Below, piece after piece: positions 47,166-58,394 of a stretch of DNA of 64,000 bases; position 1 is the stretch's first letter, and each line of letters opens with the position of its first letter. The translations under genes were made by a program, and so were the position numbers. The notes beneath the pieces are model-generated. The model worked only from the letters and a program-made list of their open reading frames with translations. It ran no database searches and was not told the DNA's origin. Source of the stretch: Eledone cirrhosa (lineage: Eukaryota); the NCBI GenBank assembly GCA_964016885.1, contig OZ024744.1:7254001-7318000 (forward strand). Direction: 5' to 3'.

Positions 47166-50100
47166 CTCTTTGAGTCTCAGTCATTGATGTTAGTTAACTG
47201 GAAAGTTTGTTGAGATGAATATCAAGCCACTACCTGCAGCCTCAGATATTCAGGACGTATCGGAGGGTTCTTGCTGTTCCCAGCAAGCATGCCTTTTGAA
47301 GCGTTCCAAAAAGCGTGAAGAGGCCAATTTTCTTTAACCATCCCTGGAAACTTTTTGAGATAGTACCTAGTGCGCCTATGACAATCAGGATCACCTTGAC
47401 TTCATGGCAGTTCCAAATCCTTTTTACCTCCCACTTTAAGTCCTGGTATCGGTTAATTTTCTCCCTCTCCTTCTCTTGCACTCTCGTGTCGAATGGGCAG
47501 GCCACATCCACAATCAGGCACAATCTTTTTTCTTTGTCCAAAACCACCAGGTCAGGTCTATTGAGTTCCAGTTTCTTCTCCGTCTGTATCCTAAAATCCC
47601 ACAGCACCTTCACCTGATCGTTTTCTATCACCGCCTCTGGCTTATGCTCATACCACTTCTCAGAATGTGGTAAATTGTTTACTTTGCATAGGTGCCAGTG
47701 GATCACCCTGCCCATCACATCATGTCTCCAGCCCTTATAGTGAGTCTGGGCTAGGTGTTTACACTCGGATACAATGTGAGCCACAGTCTCCTCTCTATCT
47801 CCACAGATCCTGCACAGTGGGCTAGCCTCCTCCTTGTAAATGTGGTGTTTCAACCACTTCGTTTTGAGGGCCTGCTCCTGCGCAGCCATTAACATTCCTT
47901 CTGTAGCTTTTTTAAGGTCTCCTCTTTTCTACCAGTTCCATGTCTGTGGATCTCTAAATTCAGTTTTCTTAAAGAAGGTACTATGAGGGGATTTTTCCTG
48001 AAGGCTCCTCTTTCTCCTTGATGTTATTTTCTCCTTGGACATCCCCTGGCCTATTGTCCCCTCCTTCAGTACAGCTCTGAGCATTGGCTCCTTACTATCA
48101 GTCACGTATTTGTGTAGGTTCTTTTTCTCCATCTGAACACAGTCCTCTATCCTGATAAGACCTCTTCCACCCTCAGATCTCCTTAAGTAGAGTCTATCGA
48201 CATCACTCCTCTTGTGGAACATATTGTAGATAGTCAATAGCTTCGTAGTCTTCCTATCCATTTCTTTTTGTTCAGCAACATTCCATCTCAGAATTCCCGC
48301 ACTGTACCTAATAATAGTCACAGCTCGGGAATTTACTGCACTTAAGGCATTCCTACTGTTCAGATGTGATTTTAATACGCTCCTTACTCTCCGAAGGTAT
48401 TCAGTTCTTATCAATTCCTTCATTTTTTTGTTCTTGATGTCGTCAGCCTCCAGAACGCCCAAATACTTGTATCCTTCTTCAGAGTCAATTTCTTTTATCA
48501 TCTCACCTGTTGGTATCTGGATTCCGTTACTTCTGCTCAGCTTACCCCTCTCATCACAATGACTCCACACTTACTAATACCAAATTGCATACATATATCA
48601 TTGCTGAAAATACGGACAGTGTCAACAAGCACATCCAACTCCTTCTCACTCTTCCCGAAGAGCTTAAGATCGTCCATGAAGAGGAGGTGATTGATGGTAA
48701 GCCCTCCCTTTCCCAACCTGTATCCTGCTCTCACTTTTCGCAGTACACTGGTCAGGGGCATCAGGGCAAAGACAAACAACATAGGGGACAGACTATCTCC
48801 CTGAAAGATACCTCTCTTGATCTTCACGCTTCCCAAGGATTCTCCATTTGATGTTAACTCTGTTTCCCAGGACTTCATACTTTTGCCCAACAACTGCTTG
48901 ATGTTATCTGCCACCTTGAAGATCTCCAGGCTTTTGGTGATGCAAGAATGAGGCACCATGTCAAATGCCTTTTTGTAGTCTATCCATCCCATGGCAAGAC
49001 CAGTGTGTCTCCTCTTGCAATTCCTCATTACCATCTTATCAAGTAACTGGTCCTTTGTACCACGTGACTTCTTTCGGCATCCTTTCTGTTCGTCCGGTAA
49101 CAAGTTGTTTGTGTGGGGGTGATGGTAGATTTCCTCAGACATAATGCTCATCAACAGTTTCCACATTACGGACAGACATGTGATAGGTCTATAGTTGGTA
49201 ACATCATTACCCTTGATTCGGTCTTTCATTACCAGAACTGTGGTACCTTTTGTCAACCACTCTGGTACCTCACCTGATATCAAGCAGTCATTGAACATGG
49301 TTGTCAGTTTCGGGTGGAGGGATGTTATGTTTTTAATCCAATACCCCTGCACACCATCTGGGCCAGGTGATTTCCAGTTGGTTAGTTTTTTGGCCTGCCC
49401 CTTAAGAGTTTCAACTGTGATACTCAAATCAGTTTGTTGGCGTGCCTGTTCACTGATCTCCTTCTGTACTGTCTCAATCCACACTGCCTGGTCATTATGT
49501 TTAACATCCTGCTCCCATATTCCTCTCCAGAATGTTTTAGTTTGTTCCGCCTCAGGGATCAAGTCGTTGCCTCTTTCTTTCCCTTCAAGCTGTCCAAACA
49601 GCATCTTCTGGTTGTTGTCGAACATGCGGTTCTGTCTATACTGGCTGACTCTGTTCTCGTATCGCCTGATTTTTGCACTCTTTGCTACAATGCGTTGCTT
49701 CAGTTCCCCTATAATAATATTTAGCTTTTTCCTCCTAGTTTTGTACTTTATTTCCAGTCTAGTTTTAGTGTCTATGTTTTTTAGTGTCCCATTCAGTAGG
49801 GACTCAAGCTTTCCAATGTCATTTCTCATTTCCCTGATTTGACCACTCAGTCGTTTCTTCCACCAAGGCTCTGCTTTTTCTTGTCTGTTGTTTCCTTTCG
49901 CTTTTATACCAAGTAGTTTCCTCACCGTATTTGCTGTTGCTTTGAGGATATTGTTGCACTGGTGAAGGCTCCTCTCCTCAAGGTATCGGATGATTTTGTT
50001 TACCTTAGCTGTTGTTTCTTTTAACTTTTTCCTGTCTACAAATCTTAGGTTCATAGGTCTCCCACTATCATTGTTCAATTCATCTACTACCACTAAGTTT

Positions 50101-50790
50101 AGGATATCTACCAAATCTTGTCCTAGCCCGTCAGCATTCATCTCCTCAGTGGCCGTATCTCTGTTCCAGGTATTATTTATCTCAGCATTCAGATCATTGT
50201 CTGTTTCGGGTGGTTCCTCCTTTCTCTCGACCTCTTCACCTTCATTTCCCACTGGCTCGTTTGCCTGGCATACTCCACCCTCTATCTCCAAGCTAATCTC
50301 TCTGCCAGTTCCTCCAGTTCCAGCTCGCTTATCCACCCATTAGTTCTTATTACCCGAGCCTGCCCGGCCAGTTTTTGTTCATCTAATTTAAATGGACCAA
50401 TCTCGTTCCAGATGTTATGCATCCTTTTCCTATAGCCTTTCTCCTTGGGGTTACTCTTCAGGTAACATTGCATAACAGTTCTATTCAATTCTTTCGTCCA
50501 GTTGGTTCTGGTCCCTTTCCTTCTTCTTCCTCCGACACCAGCAGTATTTGGTTGACAGCCAGGTCCCTGCTGCTGAGCCAGGGAGCATCTGTTGGGTGAG
50601 AGTCTGTCACATGACATTCTAGTCTCCATTTCACCGTTATTCGAACTGTTTAGGTTCGACATTTAAACACTCTTATCGAGGATTGCCGAATGTATGGTTA
50701 CATAACCACCGGTGAATTACTTGTCTCCGGTGGTTTCGTCACTCCACGTGAATTTTGTGTGGCATTATCACGGTGTAGACGAACCCAAAC
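47166..50790 (-). mobile_element. R4/Dong-clade non-LTR retrotransposon, family B; near full length
   Basis: 3' UTR at 47166-47241 abuts an ATT tract. The single long ORF is broken into four pieces. A 5' leader lies above 50662 and the true 5' end may be anywhere from ~50790 to the ATT tract at 50983. Confidence 0.95.
47242..50662 (-). pseudogene. Disrupted ORF (~1,140 codons) of Dong element B: N-terminal domain, reverse transcriptase, CCHC finger, restriction-like endonuclease
   Basis: N-terminal NWTKELNRTVMQCY..GYRKRMHNIW..EQKLAGQ; RT motifs NYRPITCL, QGDSLSP, HLLFMDDLKLF; CRIC..ETVAHIVSEC; RHD; NRPDLVV..IVDVACP. Frameshifts near 50306 and 48550, and an in-frame TAG at 47929-47931 (WNW*KRGDLKK). 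Confidence 0.93.
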
Positions 50791-50981
50791 AAACAAACAA
50801 ACAAACAAACAAGCAGAATAAACCCCAAAAATGAATAAGCATAAGTTTCATTGTAATGTAGTGTTTGAATGTCTGACTTTGTTTTTCCTTTCCCTCCTCT
50901 GTCCGTCCGTTTGTTTTTCTCTTCATTTTTATTTCCTTTACGTTTTTCGTTGTTGCTGTGCTGCTTTGATTTTGATTTTTG

Positions 50982-50982
<1 letters not shown>

Positions 50983-51043
<61 letters not shown>
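50983..51043. repeat. (ATT/TAA)~20 microsatellite between elements B and C
   Basis: Pure trinucleotide run read directly. Confidence 0.98.
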
Positions 51044-51044
<1 letters not shown>

Positions 51045-53380
51045 GTTGCATTTATCTTGCTTTATGTTCATACGAGTTATCACCAAGTCACAACCAGTGA
51101 CCTCAAGAGACAACAAGGTCCGCCATGTTCAAGAAAGAACATACATACACACACATGCATCTTTAGTGTTTAGACTTGTGATGTACTTATATTGACAGAA
51201 TCTTCCTTAGTATATGGGCAGTTCCCATTAGCAGTATCTTTTGTATTTCTCCTATACGCGGGTTTCCTGGGATTTGCGATATGTAATCATTAGACCCCTT
51301 AGGTATCATTCCCAGAGCGCCTACAACCACTGGTATTGTTTTAGTTCTCAATTTCCACATTTTTCCAATTTCTATCTCCAGGTCCTTATACGTGCTCAAT
51401 TTTTCAAATGTTTTTATAGATACATTCTTGTCTATTGGAACAGACATATCAATTAGCAGGCATACCCTCTTTTGAAAGTCCTTCAATATTATATCAGGTC
51501 TATTTGCATCTATTTTTCGGTCTGTTTGGATGCTAAAGTTCCACAAGATTGAGATGTGATCTTTTTCAAGTATGGGAGGTGGTTGATGCTCCCACCAATT
51601 CTTTTGATGGGGCAGATCAAAATGCTTACACATTATCCAATGTATGTATTGTGCAGCTCTGTCATGCCTGTTTAGGTATTCGGTTGGAGCTATAGGACTG
51701 CACATTGAAATTATATGGTCAATGGTCTCTGGTTGTTTTTTGCATACACGGCATAATGGGCTGCACCCATTTTTTATTATGTTGGCTTGGTAATTTTTTG
51801 TTGGCAGACACTGATCTTGTGCTGATATAATTAGTCCTTCAGTCTCCGATTTCAGTCCAGAGGATGCCAACCACTGATGGGTTAAAGTTTTGTCAACATC
51901 AGGATTGTTAGCTCGCTCTGGGTATTTTCCATACAGAGGCTTTTCTTGCTATTTCTTAGCCAGTTTCTGTAGCAGTTCTTTCTTTGCAGTTACTTTTACC
52001 TGCTTTGCTTTTTCTGTGTTTTCCATTTCAGCAGTAAATGGGACTTATGAAATTTGTAGTCCATTACTGTATCTTTGTGCATCTTTTGTAATGGAATATG
52101 ATCTTTTGATGCTTTCGTGTTTCAAAACGAGTTTGATCATCCTATCATGTGATTCCCTTAGATATGTAGATAATCCAATTGTTGCAGTTTTCAACTCAAT
52201 ATCTAACTGGATTAACCCACGTCCTCCTTCTTTCCTAGGGAGATATATTTATCTATATCTGCCTTAGGGTGATGCATTCTGTGCATGGTTAAGAATTTTC
52301 GAATTTTTGTATCGAGCCTACGGATCTCTGTGCTTGACCAGTTGATGACATTGTAACTGTAGGTTACTACTGGTATGGCAAGCGTGTTTATGGCATCGAT
52401 CCTATTCCTTGCATTCAATTCCGTTCTTAAGATTGCTCTTACTCTGCGGTAACATTCCTTCCTTATCCTTTCCCTCATTGTCGAGTGCTTGATTCCGTCT
52501 CCTTCACAAACACCTAGATATTTGTAAGTTTCCTCTTGATCAAGTTCTCTTATCACGTTCCCCCGATCAAGATTAATGTCTGAACTTTTCAGCAGCTTTC
52601 CTCTGGTGAACGTTGCTTTGGCGCATTTATCTAGTCCAAACTCCATTTTAATGTCATCACTGAACTGCTCCACAGTGGATAATAACCCTTGCAATTGTTC
52701 ATTATTTTTGTAAATAGATTCAGTTCATCCATGTAGAACAAGTGATTAATGGTTTTGTCATAGACTTTATATCCATGTTTTGTTTCATTGAGAATTTTAC
52801 TTAATGGTATAAGTGTGATGCAGAATATAAGCGGTGATAAAGAGTCACCCTGAAAAATTCCACAATTAATATTAACTTCCCCAGCTTCCAGTGATTTTGT
52901 TTCACTATTCAAAAGGAGTCTCGTTTTCCATGTCTTCATACTGAATGACAAAAACCTCCTGACGGGAGATATTTTGAAAATCTCTAAACATTTTTCAATC
53001 CAACTGTGTGGTAAACTATCGAATGCTTTTTTATAATCTATCCAAGCAATTGATAGATTTTTGTGTCTATTATGACAATCTTCCAGTATCATTTTGTTAA
53101 CCAAAAGCTGATCCTTACAGACATATGAGCCTCGTTTACACCCTTTCTGCTCATTGGGAAATAGATAATTTGTTATCAGGTGGTCATATGTATATTCAGT
53201 TAGGACTGATGTTAAAATGTTATACATTGTGGTCAAGCAAGTTATTCTTCGGAAGCAGGAATGTAATGCCGTTAACTAGCCATGATGGTATCTTTTCCGT
53301 CTCCTTAACTATTTCATTGTAAAGTTGGGCTAACAGCTCATGAGACTCTGTGAAGGCATTTATCCAAACATTTGGTATTT
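51044..53380 (-). mobile_element. R4/Dong-clade non-LTR retrotransposon, family C; 5'-truncated, frameshifted
   Basis: Pieces 53220-53380 (IPNVWI..IPSWLVNGITFLLPK), 52631-53236 (WIDYKKAFDS, QGDSLSP, HLFYMDEL with a mutated DD), 52212-52694 and 51187-51870 (CRVC..ETIDHIISMC, RHD, NRPDII). The 3' UTR differs from those of A and B. ATT tracts on both sides. Confidence 0.93.
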
Positions 53381-53400
53381 TTATTATTATTATTATTATT

Positions 53401-54141
53401 GTTCTTTGAGTCTCAGTCATTGATGTTATTTAACTGGAAAATTTGTTGAAATGAATATCAAGCCACTACCTGCAGCTTCAGATATTCAGGACGTATCAGA
53501 GGGTTCTTGCTGTTCCCAGCAAGCATTCCATTTGAAGTGTTCCAAAAAGCAGGGCTGGACTAACTTTCTTTAACCATCCTTGGAAACTCTTTGAGATAGT
53601 ACCTAGTGCACCTATGACAATCGGGACCACTTTGACTTCATGGCAGTTCCAAATCCGTTTTACCTCCCACTTTAAATCCTGGTATCGATTAATTTCCTCC
53701 CTCTACTTCTCTTGCACTCTCGTGTCGAATGGGCAGGCTACATCTTCAATCAGACACGATCTTTTTTCCTTGTCCAAAACCACCAGGTTAGGTCTATTGT
53801 GTTCCAGTTTCTTGTCCGTCTGTATCCTAAAATCCCACAGCACCTTCACCTGATCGTTTTCTATCACCGACTCTGGCTTATGCTCATACCACTTCTCAGA
53901 ATGTGGTAAATTGTTTACTTTGCATAGGTGCCTTGGATCACCTTGCCCACATCAGCCTTTATAGTGGGTCTGGGCTAGGTGTTTACACTCGGATACAATG
54001 TGAGCCACAGTCTCCTCTCTCTCTCTCCACAGATCCTACACAGTGGGCTAGCCGCCTCCTTGTAAATATGGTGTTTCACCCACTTCGTTGTTAGGCCCTG
54101 CTCTTGCGCAGCCATTAGCATTCTCTCCGTAGCTTTTAAGG
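53401..54141 (-). mobile_element. Short 5'-truncated, degraded second copy of Dong family B
   Basis: Colinear with 47166-47917 (shared CTTTGAGTCTCAGTCATTGATGTTA..AAGCCACTACCTGCAGC 3' end, and LKATERMLMAAQEQ..SPLCRICG). ATT tracts at 53381-53400 and 54142-54152. Confidence 0.93.
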
Positions 54142-54219
54142 TTATTATTATTAGAGTACACATTACGTAATTGGGCGCGAGACCTCACTGTTTAGGAAAG
54201 ACACAAAAAAGCATTATCA

Positions 54220-54442
54220 TTGGTAGATTGGCTGAAAACATGGTCCGTGGCATTAAGTTATGGTCCTTTATAATCTGAGTTCAAATCCCACAGAGGATAA
54301 CTTTACCTTTCATTCTTACGAGGTCTTTAAAATAAAGTACCAGTAACACACTGAGGTTGATTTAAACAACTTTTCCCTCACCAAAACTGTTGGCCTTTTT
54401 CATAAATCAAAAACCATTATCATCATCATCATCATCATCATC
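54220..54442 (+). mobile_element. Diverged copy of the Nin/Deu-domain SINE with an (ATC)n tail
   Basis: CTGAGTTCAAATCCCACAGAGGATAACTTTACCTTTCATTCTTACGAGGTCTTTAAAATAAAGTACCAGTAA aligns with 47035-47106. The start is approximate. Confidence 0.78.
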
Positions 54443-55726
54443 AATATTGTTATGATATAGAAGTTACAAATTAAGTTAATCAGAGTCCCTAAGTACACAC
54501 GAGTTCGGATCTATGTAAATACGGGTATTCCTGTACACATAGATGTATGTACGCTTGCATATATACATATATGTATGTGTGTATGTTTGCATGTATGTAT
54601 AGATTAAAGATTGCATGCATATATGAAGGCATATATGCATGTCTGAAAGCATATGAAGATGTATGCATGTACGTCTTTGTGCAAATATGACTATGTTTGC
54701 ACATTAAAGGAAAGTAAAAGTTCATTTGCATATATTAATATATTATTTTTACTTACTGTTTACATACGATATCTTATTCCCAATAATATATTTCTATTGA
54801 ATTGTATATACCCATTGATATACTGAGATAAACAAACACCTATACACAACTATACATAATTCCATATTACTCCTGAAATATATATATATACACACATAGA
54901 TATCCACAGTAAGTTGTGGGGTCTAGTCTGCATGAAGAACTCAATGTATTCCATATGTTGAAAATGTTGTAGGTTAAAATAAATCCCGTTAAACAATAAA
55001 ACATTAAAAGGAAAACAGAGTCATGATACAAGTTAAAACAATGAAATAAAAATCAAGTCATTAGAAATATACTTCACTGCTTTACGATCGTTTCTAGGTG
55101 ATGATAATACATCGTAACTATACTTCGTTATCGATCTATTAGTTACAAAATATCAGATAAGGAGAATATTTACTTACATCCATATCACCAATATATATAT
55201 ATATATATACAATCATATTAAATAAATGGAAACTATATTTATAAAACCATATTTATTTTATTATATATATTTCAAGGCTAACCAAGACAACATTGGTACG
55301 CTTTCATCAGATAAAATACAAAGTTTGTTTTATAAATAGAGACATACCCATGAAAATCATACCTTCTAGGTTGGAAATTCCCTGGATAGTCATTTATTTA
55401 ATATCATTGAATATTTACTCCAGTAAACTGTTAAGTGCTCTAAATCAGTTATAAACATTTATATTTGTCGGACTTCCAACAAATTAAATACTCCTTCTAC
55501 TTATATATATATATTAAGAGAATATTATCGTTAAGATGAAGTAGTATACGTACATAGGTGTGACTATTATCGAAAAACTAATAGTGTAGACGTATAACCG
55601 CTTTCTTTGGATGTCCCGAGGCAACTGGGTTGAATTTGTATTTATACATCTATCTGTATTTCTGTCACTCTATCTCTCTCTCTATATATATATATATATT
55701 TTTCTCTCTTTCTCTCTGTATATATA

Positions 55727-55728
<2 letters not shown>

Positions 55729-55808
<80 letters not shown>

Positions 55809-55925
55809 TGTGTCTGAGTGTGTCTGAGTGTGTCTGTGTGTGTCTGTATATGAGTGTGTCTGTGTGTGTATCTGAGTGTGTCTGAGTGTATGTGTGTGTG
55901 TGTGCGTGTATGTGCGAGTGTGTGT
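55729..55925. repeat. (TG)n microsatellite with a degenerate TGAGTGTGTC extension
   Basis: Read directly. Confidence 0.97.
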
Positions 55926-56028
55926 AAAAGGTAAATATTCAATTTCTACAGCTGTTATTTTACGCGAAGTGTCAGTTTTGGGGAGAGAATAATGTAATTA
56001 CAGCGCCTACACACACAGACACACATAT

Positions 56029-56082
<54 letters not shown>

Positions 56083-56504
56083 GTTTTGCATATGTCTCTG
56101 TTCGTACGATTGCACCCAGTATCCTCAAAAAAATTATGATTGTATTTGCTTTCTATTTACGCACACACGCACGCATACAGACGCGCGCACACATACTCAC
56201 ACACATACACACACACATACACACACACATACACACACATACACATATCGATACACACACACATATACGTAGATTCGCACACAGGGAAATATATAAAAAC
56301 ATACGGATATATATTTATAAATAGAACATCCATGCATGCCTACATATACACTCTGTTTGGAATTTGAGAAGGCGGAAATAAAAAAACAAAACAATATGTG
56401 AGAAATAAAGGGAGGAGAAGTGTTTGTCGTGTTAGACAGCGTCGTGATGCGTGTTATATAACGTAAATAATATTTCTAATGTAAAAACTTATTAAGCATG
56501 AAAT

Positions 56505-56619
56505 GTTGTTAGATTGTCAAAGCGTTGGACACATTTTCTAGCTAAGTAATTTCTGCTTGTTTAACACTGAGTTGAAATAAATCTGAGCTCATCTTTACCT
56601 TTCATACTTTTGTGATTGA
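56505..56619 (+). mobile_element. Highly degraded 5' part of the same SINE family
   Basis: CTGAGTTGAAATAAATCTGAGCTCATCTTTACCTTTCATACTTTTGTGATTGAT resembles the B-box plus Nin core of the two better copies. Confidence 0.5.
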
Positions 56620-56880
56620 TTCACCACCATAGGCGCTGAGTTAGCCAGCCGCAGGTGTGAGCCTCGCGAGTTGGAATGGCTCTTTCAGCGTATCTCCCTT
56701 GCCATCCTCCGGAGAAACGCCTTCTCCATCCTGTCCGCCGGGGCTGTGGGGAGGCCAGCACGTGGGACCACATTTGCTCACCATACGGATTAATAGGAAA
56801 AGTTATAAACTATTGTAAATAAAACTAATATTTGTATCATAAAATAAATTACTGATCAATTGGTGAAAAATAAAAAAAGA
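56620..56880 (+). mobile_element. 3' fragment of a CRE-like non-LTR retrotransposon (endonuclease C-terminus, 3' UTR, A-rich tail)
   Basis: A GC-rich island that translates by hand to FTTIGAELASRRCEPRELEWLFQRISLAILRRNAFSILSAG. This matches the CRE-clade terminal motif (FQRLS.A..RGNA..IL). An A-rich tail follows at ~56866-56880. Confidence 0.75.
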
Positions 56881-57319
56881 ATTGGTCGGATGAGATGTCT
56901 CCTCGCATTCTGATTCAAATGCCACTGGCAAGGCTGGATTTATTGGGAACAAAGGAGGCAATTGACTCAGACACCCTTCTATGGGACGTAGTAATTTATT
57001 TGTGCTCTCAGCTTTTTAGTTTTAGGATGGTTAGAATTTTGAATTTAATAAGCGTATGTATAACTTTTCAATTACTGTTACATGCGCCAAGTTTACTTTG
57101 ATATGTAAATTCGGTGTATGAGGGTCCCACCAAAACTGAAGTGCGAACACTGGCGGTCTTTTAGGTGTTAATATTATTCCATCAACCTGGGTCATACAAT
57201 AATGTAAGCAGAGTCCGTTTTGTTCTCGTATTTCAGTCTAGAATCCAGGATTAATTTTTGGATCCATCATTCCATCCTACTGTTGTGCGACAAATGAATA
57301 TAGTTAGAACTGCCGAATA

Positions 57320-57760
57320 TATGAGAAGTTCGCACCGATACTATGGGCATGTGGTTAAAATGGAGATCGGAGAGTCATTCCAGGTAGAGCCGCTACTTCT
57401 CCAAATTGAGAGATCAAGGTTATCCAACCATCTTGCTCCGGGTCAACACATGCGTCTCCTACCGCTTGGTTTCGTTAGTAAAATCTGCCCAGAGACATTC
57501 TAACCACATGTCTATAGTATCAGAACTGTGATCTCTCAATTCAGAGAAGTCGTGGTTCTACTTGGAGTGATTCTCTGCGCTACGCAATCTATCGAGTAAT
57601 ATTACTCCAAAGACCCCATTTCGGAGAAACCCCATTTCGGTCGCTTATATTGTGATCGTATTCTTTCGGTTATTACACAAGATTCACGACCAGAGGAATT
57701 GAAGACAGCGAGTTTGGTTTTTACGCCTACCTCCCTTCTACTGATTACTGAATGCCGAAG
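57320..57760 (-). mobile_element. Degraded RTE-clade (Expander/Rex3-like) LINE C-terminal fragment, with an inverted piece at 57320-57418
   Basis: Minus strand, across frames: SVISRREVGVKTKLAVFNS..ESCVITERIRSQ..ESLQVEPRLL*IERSQ..YYRHVVRM..KPSGRR..PGARWLDN. Plus strand: YYGHVVKM/EIGESFQVEPLLLQIERS. Confidence 0.75.
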
Positions 57761-57967
57761 AAAAAGATATAAAAGGCAAAAACATAGTTTTCTCAAATTA
57801 TATAACGAACGACAGAGATTCATTTTAGCTTAAACACAAACACTTAAAAATGTTTCAGTATATCATTTACCGTTTTTATGTATAGGTGTATCAATATCTA
57901 CATTAAACCTAACTTAGATCCTCTACTACATAAATGCCTACCTCTCCCCATCTCTATATCTATATTA

Positions 57968-58149
<182 letters not shown>

Positions 58150-58159
58150 ATAAATATAA

Positions 58160-58330
58160 GCTATCGCCGTATTTTGACTAAAGAAATTAAAGAAATTATT
58201 TAGTCTGAGAGTGGGGTTAAGAACCCTCGGAGAAATGGAAAAAGATATGAGTATTGTCGTACATGGGAGTCGAACCCACATCTTTGGTTATCCAGACCAC
58301 TGTGCTACCATTTACACCAACACATCACCT
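58160..58330 (-). mobile_element. tRNA-like core (58255-58327) plus 3' arm; partial copy of the element at 58836-59092
   Basis: The minus strand reads TGATGTGTTGGTGTAAATGGTAGCACAGTGGTCTGGATAACCAAAGATGTGGGTTCGACTCCCATGTACGACA and folds as an imperfect cloverleaf with A and B boxes. Downstream ..GTCAAAATACGGCG matches the TIR of the other copy. Confidence 0.7.
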
Positions 58331-58394
58331 ATATACATTTCGTTTCTGAATTTGTTTAGCAAGATTCTTTATCTGAAAGCGTGTGTTGAAACCG

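Noticed and set aside
47929-50340. Programmed frameshifting or readthrough linking the ORF pieces of element B
   Set aside because: R4/Dong elements have a single ORF. The breaks fall inside conserved regions, differ among copies A, B and C, and show no evident slippery site, so decay is the simpler explanation.
44787-54094. Plus-strand ORFs over the retroelements (e.g. 49195-49842, 215 aa)
   Set aside because: They are antisense shadows of the RT/endonuclease frames with no recognisable motifs.
57215-57310. Possible splice acceptor (TTTGTTCTCGTATTTCAG) and host exon
   Set aside because: All frames close quickly and there is no convincing donor or protein similarity. Small host exons cannot be excluded without RNA data.
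58255-58327. Functional tRNA-Ser(GGA) gene
   Set aside because: The acceptor and anticodon stems contain mismatches, there is no long variable arm, the anticodon is atypical, and it is embedded in a repeat with a second diverged copy.
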